This document shows positions 1 through 9,755 of a stretch of DNA of 64,000 nt, in pieces. Source of the stretch: an uncultured Acidobacteriota bacterium (GTDB lineage Bacteria > Acidobacteriota > UBA6911 > RPQK01 > JAPXNP01); contig CAVZRV010000008.1 in the NCBI GenBank assembly GCA_963777605.1, forward strand, positions 96,001 through 160,000, written 5' to 3'. The translations under genes and the position numbers were made by a program. Below the pieces are notes generated by a model. The model saw only the letters and a program-made list of their open reading frames with translations. It did not search any database and had not been told where the DNA came from. How positions within the stretch are numbered: the stretch's first letter is position 1; each line of letters starts with the position of its first letter.

Positions 1-2124
1 TACGACACTCAGACGGAGACTCGCCAGGGGATGCCCGTCGCGGCCCGGATAGATCAACAGGCCGTCCCCGTTCGCCCAGTCATAGCTTCGGCTGTTCCAA
101 GCATCCCGGTGACCAGTCGGCCAGGGTTCCGGACCCCGGCTCAGCTCCATGTTTGGTCGCCAGAAGTTGAACCACCAGTACTCGAAACCGCCGACGCCAT
201 ATTTCCAGGCTTGCCACCAGAGTGCCCGGATCGCGGGGAGAGGATGATCATTGTAGACGTTGGCAAAGGGCGCCTTCGGACCAACACAGGTGTACCAGAA
301 GACCTCCTCCCCCCGCTTGAGAGCCGGAGCGACCGAGTTGGGGTTGAAGTTGTAGGTCTCTCCTCCGTAGGTGATCGGATCCCAGACATCGACATATCCG
401 ATCAATTCATCCCGGGGCTTACTTCCACCAACCATGATGCGAAGCTGGGGCCACTGCCGACGAATGGTCAGCGATTTTGCCCGAATGCCCTCAAAGTCAT
501 CCGTTTCGTCCCCGATGTAGATGACGGTCCGTTCGATGTAACCGTTTTCGACCAGCCAGCGGTATGCCGGCTCGATCACCTCGGGATCCAGAGGATCACT
601 GGAGAAACCGCCGATGAGGATTACCGTACCACCATCCTGCATGACCCGGGGAATGTCCGCAGGCTCCGGGGACAACCGGGCACTGTACTGGCTGGTGGGC
701 GAAAATCGGTGCTCGAGGAGCATGCGATAGAAGTTCTTTCGAACCGGGTCGGCGTCCAGGGCAGGGTACCATTCCTCCAGACCCTTTAGATCGAGATGTC
801 CCTGGGTGCGGAAGTGCCCGGGGGTTGGAATCTTGAAACCGTGCACGAGAAGTTCAACGGGGATTGTCTCTGCGTCGCCCTGGCTCGAGACCACCTTAAT
901 CTGGCCAGCGTAGCTCCCCGGCAAGGTGTCGGGGGGCACGCTCAAAGTTACCCAGATCGGCTTCACTTCTCCGGCGGCCACGGCAATCGTGCCATCGACA
1001 GGAAGCAGAGCGTCCGGAAGCCAACCGACCTGTGACTGGTCGGTTCCGGGGCTCGGCTGAATGTACTGCTCGATTTCTTCAAACAAGGCGAACGAAGCTG
1101 CGTCGATTTCGACAGCCCCACCGGCCTGCTTCAGATTCGAGACGCGGAGACGCACACTCTCAACCGGCCCCCGAGGCGCCGCCAGCACAATCTGAAAGCT
1201 CTCAAACTCATTCTGCGCGGCTTCCAGCCTTAACTTGCGGTCGAGGTCGGGCAGCCCGAACTTCTCGTGTCGACCGGAAATGCGAATCAAGCTGGGAACC
1301 GACCCGACTACCAGAGCGCTGTCCGACTTTAGGCCTCGTGACCAGATCCGGCTCTTCAAAAACATCTCCTTCAGTTCGTCCTGGAGATTCCACCAGCTCA
1401 AAAGTTCGTTCCGCTCGCTTGAGGGGAGTTCACTCACTCGACGCTCGAACGATTCGACCTCAGGAGTCCAAAATGTCCGGGAAGGCGAACCGTCCGGCAG
1501 TTCCTCCAGGCGAGTTCGCAGGGACCGGGACAGGACCGCCAGGTAGTCATGCCGGGCAGCAGCCGTCAGTTCGTACCCCTTGATTTCGGCAACCTCGAAC
1601 TTCTGGCCGGCTTCCACTGGGACCGAAAGGTGAAACGCCATCCGGGCAACGCCAATCCCGGCCAAATCGTAAGGCATCTTGGAACGCGTCACCGATTCGA
1701 AAACGTCCCGGTTCAGGCTGATGACGTGCTCCTGCGCCGCTCCGGGCTGCAAATCAACGACAACCCGAAAGTCGTAGAGCCGGTTCGGATTGGCCCAGTC
1801 CTCGGCGGGTATGACCTGCTTCAGTTTCTCGGGGAGTGTGGCCGGCTGGAAGTGAATCGTCAGGCGCCCTTTTCGGGTCGCCCGTGTCGTAATGCAGAGA
1901 AACGCTGGTCCGTGCGTCGGAACTTCGAATTCGAGAGGGAAGACCTTCGCACGATGATCCCGGTCGACCTGGATCTCGCCGGAAGGGGAGACTCCTTCGA
2001 GTTCACGATCGAAGAACTTGAGAGCGGCCTCCCTGGTTGATGGGTCGAGGCGCCACTTTGCCCCGAAGGCAGGCTGAACAAATAGAAGGAGCAGCGAAAG
2101 AAATCCCAGGGACACTCGTACCAT
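1..2124 (-). CDS. Secreted glycoside hydrolase-like protein, GH123/DUF4091 type; 3' end runs off the window and it is absent from the ORF track
   Basis: Manual translation from ATG at 2124 (RBS GGGAGG upstream) gives signal peptide MVRVSLGFLSLLLLFVQPAFG, then LEAAQNEFESFQIVL, YIGDE, VFWYTCVGP, GFEYWWFN and GDGLLIYPG..PLASLRL, typical of DUF4091 proteins. The + strand ORFs here are antisense shadows. Confidence 0.8.
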   Translation of the reverse strand, partial: MVRVSLGFLSLLLLFVQPAFGAKWRLDPSTREAALKFFDRELEGVSPSGEIQVDRDHRAKVFPLEFEVPTHGPAFLCITTRATRKGRLTIHFQPATLPEKLKQVIPAEDWANPNRLYDFRVVVDLQPGAAQEHVISLNRDVFESVTRSKMPYDLAGIGVARMAFHLSVPVEAGQKFEVAEIKGYELTAAARHDYLAVLSRSLRTRLEELPDGSPSRTFWTPEVESFERRVSELPSSERNELLSWWNLQDELKEMFLKSRIWSRGLKSDSALVVGSVPSLIRISGRHEKFGLPDLDRKLRLEAAQNEFESFQIVLAAPRGPVESVRLRVSNLKQAGGAVEIDAASFALFEEIEQYIQPSPGTDQSQVGWLPDALLPVDGTIAVAAGEVKPIWVTLSVPPDTLPGSYAGQIKVVSSQGDAETIPVELLVHGFKIPTPGHFRTQGHLDLKGLEEWYPALDADPVRKNFYRMLLEHRFSPTSQYSARLSPEPADIPRVMQDGGTVILIGGFSSDPLDPEVIEPAYRWLVENGYIERTVIYIGDETDDFEGIRAKSLTIRRQWPQLRIMVGGSKPRDELIGYVDVWDPITYGGETYNFNPNSVAPALKRGEEVFWYTCVGPKAPFANVYNDHPLPAIRALWWQAWKYGVGGFEYWWFNFWRPNMELSRGPEPWPTGHRDAWNSRSYDWANGDGLLIYPGRDGHPLASLRLSVV

Positions 2125-2197
2125 AGTTCCTCCCGAACACGCTCTTACCAACCCGCTCCCGATCACCGAGCGCCCACTGGTACTCGGCCGCGCGTTC

Positions 2198-5100
2198 CTA
2201 CGGGAACGGTCCTTCCTTGAGGATCAGAATTCGCCCGCGACCCGGCTCAATCATGAAAGAGCCTCCCGGTCGCAGTTCCGCAGCCGCCTGGAATTCCTGG
2301 ATGTCGGGTGCCGTGATGACGGCCTTGTCCGGATCGATCCCAAGTCGATTCCAATCGACCTCGAGACGGCATTCGACAGGGCCCGGCGCCCAACTGGCGA
2401 CGGCAATCATGGCTTCTCCCGGCTTTGTATAGGTCGTGGCCAGAACGTCCCTACGATCGGTCTTGACCGGATTGTTCCCGACCCAGTAGCCGATCATTTC
2501 CGAATCCTCCAGGCCAAAAGCATCCCAGATCGCCCATATCGGCCGGGGATTACCCGCCCAGGGCAGTCTGCCGGTCATTCCGTAAACCATTCCCCGCCAG
2601 GGATTCCCCCCATCCTGAAGCATTTCGCCCATCAGCCCGAACGGGATCCCGGAAACCTCGACCATCCAGAAATCGGGCGAGGATCCGTAGTCGAAATACT
2701 CCCCGAACCAGAGGCGATCGATATAGGGAAAGTGTTCGAGATAGAGGTTGGCGCTGTTGGCAAAGCCGTCCCGGACGTTGAACTGGTTGGCGGAGTGCAG
2801 GTCGATCAGGCCCGGGCGGTCCCCCTGATTGAGGATTCGTCTCACTCGCTGCATGATGGTTCGATCGAATGCCACATCGTCGATATAGATCCCGTCGATC
2901 CCGACGTTCCGGACCAGCCAGTTGAGTCCCTCGAGGTAGTAGTTGTGCCAGCGGGAAGTCCCGCTGTTGATCACCGCTTCGTCCTTCAGGGCGGGCACGT
3001 ACCATCCCGGGATGTAACCCGACTCGACGTGCTCACTCAGCCAGGGAGTGCCGCCTCCCTTACCGTCCGAGATCACCTCGTCTCCCAGGCTGAACAGGGC
3101 GAACAGCTCCGGAGCCCGGTTGGAGAGTTCGCGGACCGTGTAGTAGATCTTGACCCTCAGGTCGCGGGCGTGGGCGGCCTGGATGTAGTTTCGCAGCTCT
3201 TCCGTCCGCAGAAAGGGGTAGTTGATGTAGGGGTTTACCTCGGTCGCGTGGTGAACGTTGATCGTGTTGGCCCCGGCCTTAACCACCTCGCCGAGGTCCG
3301 CGTAGCGATGGTAGTAGCGGGTTTTCCACTGGGAACGGGTGGCGATCGTCTTGAACGGGGTAATCAGCAACCGGATATTGAAATGGAGCTGGTCGCCGGC
3401 CTGAATAACGCGTTTCCCGCTGTAGGCTTTGACGAGGAATTCGCCCGATCCCCGATCGACGAGGCTGATCCCTCCCCTCCCGCCGTTATACCAGGACGGC
3501 GGGAGGTTGAGCGGCTTGAGCAGGTAGAAGTTCGTGTTGAGCGGCCGTGAATAGTTGCGATCCTTGAGGCTCACCTGCAGGCCGGCATTGACATCGCCGA
3601 GCCAGACCGAGTCCTGGTTCTTTGTCTGGTCCCAGTGCCACTCAAACTCGTCCGGTCGAAATCCGCCCTTTCGCCCCAATCCCATCATGTATCGGGCCGC
3701 ATCGGACCGGAGGGGGACTTCCAGCGAAACGTCTTCCAACAGCGTCGGCTCTTCGGCCTCAAGGGTGACCTGCAGTTCGATACTGCCGTCAAACTCGAGT
3801 TCTCCGTCGACGTTCAGGGAAAGGCTCCCCGAGCGACTCTGACTGCTCCAGCGGGTGCGCGCGGGAGTGCTTGCGCCAAACTGGAAGCGCTCGATCTTCC
3901 ACCGGACCGGCTCTCCGTCCGTGCCGGCCACCACCAGGCGGGCGGGGCTCGCCAGCACCTCGCGGCCTGCCTCCTGCAGCCGGGTCATCTCGGGAGCGAA
4001 GAAACTCGTGATCGCCGCCGGCAGGCCGTTCATACCGATCCGAATGGTCCTCCCGAGGATGCGCAGGGAATCTCCGTCCAACTCAACCGGAGTGTACGGA
4101 CGGACCACCGTTTCATCCGCGCCGATTTGGGAGTCCAACCAGCGAAGTCGGGACAATCGATAGGGATCACTGTCCCCGGCGTCTGGCAGTCGCTGGTCCA
4201 GCACTGTCAGATCGAGATCGACCTCCGACTCGCCGGCGTTCCGGGACGAAATGGCGATCCGGCCCCGATAGTCTCCCGGTGCGGCGGCGTCCGGCAGGTC
4301 GATTCCAATCCAGAGCGGCTGCACGTTCCCGACCGGGACAGTGATCCGTTTCTCGAAGGGTTTTCCTTCCCAGTCGGTCCCGCCCAAATTGAAACAACGC
4401 ATGCGGGAGGCTGAGACCCTGGCTGTTTGCGCTCCCGAGTTGAGGTCCTCAAACCGGACCTGGATGTCGCGGACTTCCTCTGTTGCGGCATACAATCCGA
4501 TCTGAAAAACAAAGAACTCACCCTGCCTGGCCTCGGCCTGGAAGATTTGTTGCGGGCCTTCCCGGACCCAATTCCAGGGTAACTGGGATTTCATTCGGAT
4601 CGAATGGTCCCGACTTTCCGGAAAGAGGAGAAACGGAGGCGACCCGGTTCGTTCGATCAAGTCGGCGACTTCGGAATCACTCGCAGTTACCTCCATCGGG
4701 TAGAAGCTGTTGAACCCGTCGATGGACTCCATGCGCAGGACCTCTCCGACAGGCAGCGTCCGACTGACGGTCGTCGGATCGCTCGAATCCAGCCCGTTTC
4801 TCGCCAGCCATCGCCCATCCGGCCGGGTCTCGGCGGGATCCCGATAGCTGGTTGACGGGTAGTTCGTGCGGCCTTCGAGGGTGTAGGGCAGGTAGTAGAG
4901 ATAGTAATCGGAGGGCACGGTCGGGGGCTGAAAGACAAACTCCCCGAACTCCCGGTTCACGGCGATTCGCAGCAGGTTCGGCACCGGTTGCCCTGTCGAG
5001 GCATCGATCAGGATGACTCCGTTCGCTTCCGGGTCGGAGTCCCGCCGCCTCCAGGGCACGTGGACCTGGACGGCATCGGCCACTGCCTCGACCCTCAGGA

Positions 5101-5239
5101 CCGCGCGGTGATTGCCCAGTACATCGGAATCCCAGCGGCCGATACCGTCCCGCGAAAGCTCGACCGAAGGGGCGGACAAGAGAGGCCCGGAACTTGTCAA
5201 GAATAGGAAAATGACCAGCAGGACACCGTGCAGTTTCAT
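2198..5239 (-). CDS. Secreted glycoside hydrolase-like protein (DUF6067/GH123-related)
   Basis: ~1013-aa ORF. Likely start MKLHGVLLVIFLFL (signal peptide). Motifs NVHHATEVNPYINYPF, KIYYTVRELS, DGIYIDDVAFDR, LWFGEYFDY. Confidence 0.75.
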   Translation of the reverse strand: MKLHGVLLVIFLFLTSSGPLLSAPSVELSRDGIGRWDSDVLGNHRAVLRVEAVADAVQVHVPWRRRDSDPEANGVILIDASTGQPVPNLLRIAVNREFGEFVFQPPTVPSDYYLYYLPYTLEGRTNYPSTSYRDPAETRPDGRWLARNGLDSSDPTTVSRTLPVGEVLRMESIDGFNSFYPMEVTASDSEVADLIERTGSPPFLLFPESRDHSIRMKSQLPWNWVREGPQQIFQAEARQGEFFVFQIGLYAATEEVRDIQVRFEDLNSGAQTARVSASRMRCFNLGGTDWEGKPFEKRITVPVGNVQPLWIGIDLPDAAAPGDYRGRIAISSRNAGESEVDLDLTVLDQRLPDAGDSDPYRLSRLRWLDSQIGADETVVRPYTPVELDGDSLRILGRTIRIGMNGLPAAITSFFAPEMTRLQEAGREVLASPARLVVAGTDGEPVRWKIERFQFGASTPARTRWSSQSRSGSLSLNVDGELEFDGSIELQVTLEAEEPTLLEDVSLEVPLRSDAARYMMGLGRKGGFRPDEFEWHWDQTKNQDSVWLGDVNAGLQVSLKDRNYSRPLNTNFYLLKPLNLPPSWYNGGRGGISLVDRGSGEFLVKAYSGKRVIQAGDQLHFNIRLLITPFKTIATRSQWKTRYYHRYADLGEVVKAGANTINVHHATEVNPYINYPFLRTEELRNYIQAAHARDLRVKIYYTVRELSNRAPELFALFSLGDEVISDGKGGGTPWLSEHVESGYIPGWYVPALKDEAVINSGTSRWHNYYLEGLNWLVRNVGIDGIYIDDVAFDRTIMQRVRRILNQGDRPGLIDLHSANQFNVRDGFANSANLYLEHFPYIDRLWFGEYFDYGSSPDFWMVEVSGIPFGLMGEMLQDGGNPWRGMVYGMTGRLPWAGNPRPIWAIWDAFGLEDSEMIGYWVGNNPVKTDRRDVLATTYTKPGEAMIAVASWAPGPVECRLEVDWNRLGIDPDKAVITAPDIQEFQAAAELRPGGSFMIEPGRGRILILKEGPFP

Positions 5240-5579
5240 CTCATCCCTTCTCTGTTTGCTCAAGGGCGGCCCCCCATTGACCGAGTCTCGCTCGAACACC
5301 CGTGTTCGAAGCATACATGCCAAAACGAAATCAGCAAACTCCTGAGAGGACTGCGGAATCACTCAGTGCCCGAACCCCGGGTGGGGGAGGCATGAAGTAG
5401 CCCGGGGTGGAGCAAGTGGAATCCCGTGTAGCCCGGAACGACGTCGAATCGAATCCCGCCCGACGGGACGACATGGCCCTTCAGTCAGGAATCAGGGGCC
5501 AAGGTCAAAGGGTTCCCGGATTCGCCGAACCGCTCCTCCGGACTTCCGAATTCTGAACGGCGGCGTAGAATAACAAAGC

Positions 5580-6920
5580 ATGGTGGAAACGGGGGCAGAG
5601 CCTCGACAGACTATCCGGACAGCCAACCTCCTGGGCGGGGCAGGTGCCTTTTTCCGCCCCATTGAGTTCGATACCTTCGTCCGGCAGGAGTCGATCCTGA
5701 TCTTGCTCAACCTCGGGGTTCTGGCACTGATCGTTGTGGCCCACATCGTTTTTGGCCCGACTCTCGGGGCGCCTCCGCCACTCCTGTTCATGCTGATCGC
5801 CAGCCGGTTCCTGATGCAGTCAATCGAGCTGATCTGGCTGACGACCCGCAGCGAACCGCTGCCTCCGTTCTGGGTCACGGCTTACGCGAATTTCTCGATC
5901 TGGATGAACATCGCGTTCGCCTTTACCTTGGCACTGCTTGGCGGCTACTTTGGACTTCCCGACAGCCACTACAGCGAACTCATGGCAATTCCTCTGGTCG
6001 CGGCAGCATTCCGTTACTCGCTGGCGGGCATCATCCCGGTGTTCTTCACGGTCGCCGCCCTCACGTTCGCGGAAGTCTACTACTACTTCACCCGGAATCC
6101 CCCCCTTCAGCCGATGGAGTTCTTTGAGGCGGCGAACACGGTCCTGATCTACCTGGTCGTCCTGCTGGTGACCTTCGTGCTGGTCCGCCAACTGCGGCGG
6201 GACCAGCACAGGCTCGAGGACAGCCTCGAGGTTCTCGAGCGGACGCGCGACCAGTTGGTCCAGGAAGAGAAACTGGCCGCGATCGGCAGGCTCAGCAGCA
6301 GTATCGCCCATGAAATCAGGAACCCGGTCGCGATGATCATGAGTTCGGTTTCGCTGGCCGGACGCCCGAACGCCCAACTCGCCGATCGTGAAGAGTTGTG
6401 CGAAATCGTCTTCCGGGAAGCGGGTCGGCTGGAGAAGCTTACGGAAGACTTTCTGACCTACGCCCGGATGAAGAAGCCGCAAGCGAAGCAGACCTCCATT
6501 CGCACGACCCTCGACTACGTTGCCAGCGTGGTACGGGCCAAGGCGGAAGAGCGCGCCGTGACCGTGACGGTGGAATGCGCCGACGATCTAACGGCACGGG
6601 TTGACGAATTCCAATTCCATCAGGCGCTGCTCAACCTGGTCCTGAATGCGCTCGACGCCTCGCAGACAGGTGGAAAGATCCATTTGAGGGGTGCGGGCAA
6701 GGGCGGTATGCTGCAACTCGATGTCGAGAACGCAGGCGAGCCGATTCCCCCAGAGATCGCCACTCGACTGTACGAGCCGTTCTTCACGACGAAGCCCCAT
6801 GGAACCGGCCTGGGCCTGGCGATTACCCGAAACATCCTGATTGCGCACAGGGGAGAGATACAGCTGCGCGAGAACGAACCGGGCAAGATCTGTTTTCGCA
6901 TCACGGTTCCCTTAGACTGA
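5580..6920 (+). CDS. Intramembrane-sensing histidine kinase (about 6 TM, NtrB/PilS-like)
   Basis: H-box AHEIRNP, N-box LNLVLNALDA, F/G boxes EPFFTTKPHGTGLGL; hydrophobic N-terminal half. Confidence 0.93.
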   Translation: MVETGAEPRQTIRTANLLGGAGAFFRPIEFDTFVRQESILILLNLGVLALIVVAHIVFGPTLGAPPPLLFMLIASRFLMQSIELIWLTTRSEPLPPFWVTAYANFSIWMNIAFAFTLALLGGYFGLPDSHYSELMAIPLVAAAFRYSLAGIIPVFFTVAALTFAEVYYYFTRNPPLQPMEFFEAANTVLIYLVVLLVTFVLVRQLRRDQHRLEDSLEVLERTRDQLVQEEKLAAIGRLSSSIAHEIRNPVAMIMSSVSLAGRPNAQLADREELCEIVFREAGRLEKLTEDFLTYARMKKPQAKQTSIRTTLDYVASVVRAKAEERAVTVTVECADDLTARVDEFQFHQALLNLVLNALDASQTGGKIHLRGAGKGGMLQLDVENAGEPIPPEIATRLYEPFFTTKPHGTGLGLAITRNILIAHRGEIQLRENEPGKICFRITVPLD

Positions 6921-6939
6921 CTCTGAAAGGCTGGACATC

Positions 6940-8346
6940 ATGGCCCGAATCCTTGTCGTAGACGACGAACCCCATATGCGGAGGATTCTGCATACGATTC
7001 TGAAGCCTCTCGGCCATGAAGTGACTGAGGCATCTGGAATCAAACCGGCCCAGGAGTTCCTTGAGCAATCGCACTTCGACCTCCTCATCACCGATCAGCG
7101 AATGCCGGACGGAGAAGGACTCGACCTATTGAGCTTCGCGCGGGAACTGGATCCGACGCTGCCGGTCGTCTTCATCACCGCCTTCGCCACTGTAGAACTG
7201 GCGGTGGATGCCATGCGCCTCGGTGCATTCGACGTGATCCCCAAACCCTTCGTCCCTGAAACCGTAGAAGCGGTTACAGCCAGGGCGCTGGAACGAACCC
7301 TGCTGGTCCGGGAAAACGAGGAACTGAAGCGAACGATCGAGACGCTCACATCGGCTGGTCGTTTGCTCGGTGAAAGTCGAGCCATGCGGGAGATCCTTGG
7401 AATGATTGAAAGGGTTGCCCCTACGCCGGCGACCGTCCTGATCACGGGAGAGACAGGAACCGGCAAGGAACTGGTCGCCCGAGCGATCCATGAAAACAGC
7501 CCTCGCGCCAACAAGCCATTCGTCGCGGTGAATTGCGCGGCATTCACCGAGACACTGCTCGAAAGCGAACTTTTCGGCGCCGAGCGGGGAGCCTACACGG
7601 GGGCCGACAGGGCTCGGCGAGGACTTTTCGAGGCCGCCCACACGGGCACGCTCTTCCTGGACGAAGCGGGGGAGATGTCGCTTCCCCTTCAGGCACGGCT
7701 CCTGCGCGTACTGATGAACGGTGAAATCGTTCGGGTTGGATCCACCACCCCGCGTTCGGTTGATGTCCGAATCCTGGCGGCAACTCACCGCAACCTCGAA
7801 AGACGCGTCAGCGAGGGGCTCTTTCGAGAAGATCTTTACTATCGCCTGGCCGTCGTGCCACTCCACATTCCCCCGCTGCGGGAGCGCCGCGAGGACATTC
7901 CCCTGCTGGTCGACCATTTCCTGAAGCAGGTGTCCACCGACCTCAAAATGCCGCTCAAACGGCTCGATCCTGAAGCGCTTCAAAGGCTTTCCAACTACCC
8001 GTTCCCCGGCAACATCCGGGAACTTCGCAATCTCATTGAACGGGGATACATCTTGTCTCGAGGTGACGAGATCCGGGCCGAAGAACTGCCTCTCGGCCAG
8101 GGAGGCACCGGGTCCTTCCGATCCCCCCACCCGGATACTCCCATAACACCGGAAGCCCTCCGACAGCAGTGGATGGACAGTCTTCCCGAGCAACTGAACC
8201 TCAGGTCTGTCCTCGAGGAAAACGAACGGGACCTCATCATTCGAGCCCTGAAGCTGTCCGATGATGTTCAAGCCGAAGCCGCCCGCAAGCTGGAAATCTC
8301 CCGCAGCGATCTTTCCTACAAGCTCCGGAAACACAAGAGCATTTGA
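6940..8346 (+). CDS. Sigma54-dependent response regulator (NtrC/AtoC family)
   Basis: Receiver (VVDDE, TDQRMP), Walker A GETGTGKE, GAYTGA loop, LFLDE, FREDLYYRL, C-terminal Fis-like HTH. Confidence 0.96.
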   Translation: MARILVVDDEPHMRRILHTILKPLGHEVTEASGIKPAQEFLEQSHFDLLITDQRMPDGEGLDLLSFARELDPTLPVVFITAFATVELAVDAMRLGAFDVIPKPFVPETVEAVTARALERTLLVRENEELKRTIETLTSAGRLLGESRAMREILGMIERVAPTPATVLITGETGTGKELVARAIHENSPRANKPFVAVNCAAFTETLLESELFGAERGAYTGADRARRGLFEAAHTGTLFLDEAGEMSLPLQARLLRVLMNGEIVRVGSTTPRSVDVRILAATHRNLERRVSEGLFREDLYYRLAVVPLHIPPLRERREDIPLLVDHFLKQVSTDLKMPLKRLDPEALQRLSNYPFPGNIRELRNLIERGYILSRGDEIRAEELPLGQGGTGSFRSPHPDTPITPEALRQQWMDSLPEQLNLRSVLEENERDLIIRALKLSDDVQAEAARKLEISRSDLSYKLRKHKSI

Positions 8347-8365
8347 GTCCTGCGAGTCTCTGGGG

Positions 8366-8522
8366 CCGATTGCCGGAATCGCCATCAGGACCAAATCTGA
8401 CACATCTCCGCGCACACAATCCGGCGGCGGGCGCACGAGGCCCCCGGGCAAAGCCGCCGGCGGCGGCTAAACCCCAAACCCCACTTACTAATTACGAACG
8501 TGCGCGAAAAAGTGCGGGGAGA
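8366..8522 (+). repeat. Dispersed element family A, partial copy 1
   Basis: Shares gcgggcgcacga(g/a)gcccccgggcaaagcc and ccccaaaccccacttactaa.(t/a)acgaacgtg with 29200-29460 (+) and 29800-30060 (-). Confidence 0.85.
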
Positions 8523-8694
8523 CAGTGGGACGGCATGATTTTGGGCTGGAGATGGATCCGGGAGTGCTGAGCCGCGCTTCAGGGCTGGTGGCGACGGAAG
8601 CTTTCGCTTCCTGCGGTTGGTTGCGCCGTCCAAGGTTGGGCAAAAGCGGAACCTCTCGATTCCGCACTTCCACTTAGTGCCAGGTAGTTGAAGC

Positions 8695-8744
8695 GTGTTC
8701 GAATTTTTGAACACGCACCCGCCTTTTGCTTGAATTCTTGAACA
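8695..8744. promoter_or_regulatory. Candidate upstream activator sites for the sigma54 activator
   Basis: Palindrome GTGTTC-gaattttt-GAACAC at 8695-8714 and a degenerate repeat (gaattcttgaaca) 30 bp later, about 80-125 bp upstream of the -24 element. Confidence 0.6.
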
Positions 8745-8819
8745 TCACCAGGCTCCATAACCTTTCCACCCATCGAGGGAAACTCAATCATTTTAAAGAC
8801 TTAGGTTTAAATTTCAATA

Positions 8820-8836
8820 TTGGCACACCTATTGCA
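8820..8836 (+). promoter_or_regulatory. Sigma54 (-24/-12) promoter of the rubrerythrin-DUF2231 unit
   Basis: TTGGCACACCTATTGCA with GG at 8822-23 and GC at 8834-35 (canonical spacing), preceded by an AT-rich, IHF-like tract at 8786-8820. Confidence 0.88.
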
Positions 8837-8902
8837 ATCCAGATAGACAGTCGCACGGTGCGACGATTTGGATAACGCATTCATTGATCAGGAGTATTCG
8901 AA

Positions 8903-9556
8903 ATGCAGCATAGATCCGCCCTTTCACGCAGCCGCAACCTGTTACCCACCCTTCTCTTTGCGTTCGCCGTCCTGTCGGCTTCACTCTGGTCGGCCCCACC
9001 AACCCAAACGTCGGGCAAAACCCTGGGAAACCTGATGGCGGCATTCAACGGAGAGAGCAACGCCCACGCACGCTACCTGAGCTTCGCCAAGAAAGCCGAC
9101 GAAGAGGGATACGGTGAAGTCGCCAGCCTCTTCCGGGCAGCGGCCCGCGCAGAAGAGATCCACGCTGGCAACCACGCAGCCGTGATTCGAACGATGGGAG
9201 GCGAGCCCAAGGCGGACATCCAGCAACCAGACGTCAAAACGACGGCAGAGAACCTGAAGGCGGCCATCAAGGGTGAATCGTACGAGCGAGACACCATGTA
9301 CCCCGAGTTTATCGGTCAGGCGCGAGCAGAGAGAAATCGCGGGGCGCTGAAGTCGTTCAATTTTGCCATCTCAGCGGAAACCGAGCACGCCAAACTCTAT
9401 TCCGCGGCACTCGACAAGCTGGACACACTCAAGGGTTCCCAGGCGCGCGACTACTACGTCTGCACCGTCTGCGGCTACACCACTCAGAAAGTCGATTTTT
9501 CCAAGTGCCCGTCCTGCTTCAATCCGGCGGACGAAGTTTACGTCAAGGTCAGTTGA
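8903..9556 (+). CDS. rbr: Rubrerythrin (ferritin-like diiron domain plus C-terminal rubredoxin-like domain) with an N-terminal signal peptide
   Basis: GESNAHARY, AEEIHA, GESYERDTMY, AETEHA, CTVCG...CPSC. RBS AGGAG 8 nt before the ATG. Hydrophobic leader LLPTLLFAFAVLSASLWSA. Confidence 0.9.
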   Translation: MQHRSALSRSRNLLPTLLFAFAVLSASLWSAPPTQTSGKTLGNLMAAFNGESNAHARYLSFAKKADEEGYGEVASLFRAAARAEEIHAGNHAAVIRTMGGEPKADIQQPDVKTTAENLKAAIKGESYERDTMYPEFIGQARAERNRGALKSFNFAISAETEHAKLYSAALDKLDTLKGSQARDYYVCTVCGYTTQKVDFSKCPSCFNPADEVYVKVS

Positions 9557-9755
9557 TCCTGGCAAAGCGTCGAACATGCGGCAGCAATCAGGCCGGGAGA
9601 CTTTTACCCCGGGGGGCGGGTCACGCCCCCATCTCCTTCACCACATTGTTATTGCTGCCGCGGTTCATCGGAAAATCCTGGTCACTCGCAAGCGGTTTTG
9701 AGATTCCCGGTGGGCCCTCGACACCACCCGCGACAACCATGAAGGGAGTTCAATC

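Noticed and set aside
31-2040. Plus-strand ORFs of 252, 183 and 163 aa, and similar long antisense ORFs throughout the window (e.g. 7126-8451, 18198-19604, 42286-43575)
   Set aside because: Antisense shadows of real genes in high-GC DNA; no family motifs.
5365-5490. Possible structured RNA between the hydrolase and kinase genes
   Set aside because: Only weak REP-like GC hairpins; no recognisable riboswitch consensus and no second copy in the window.
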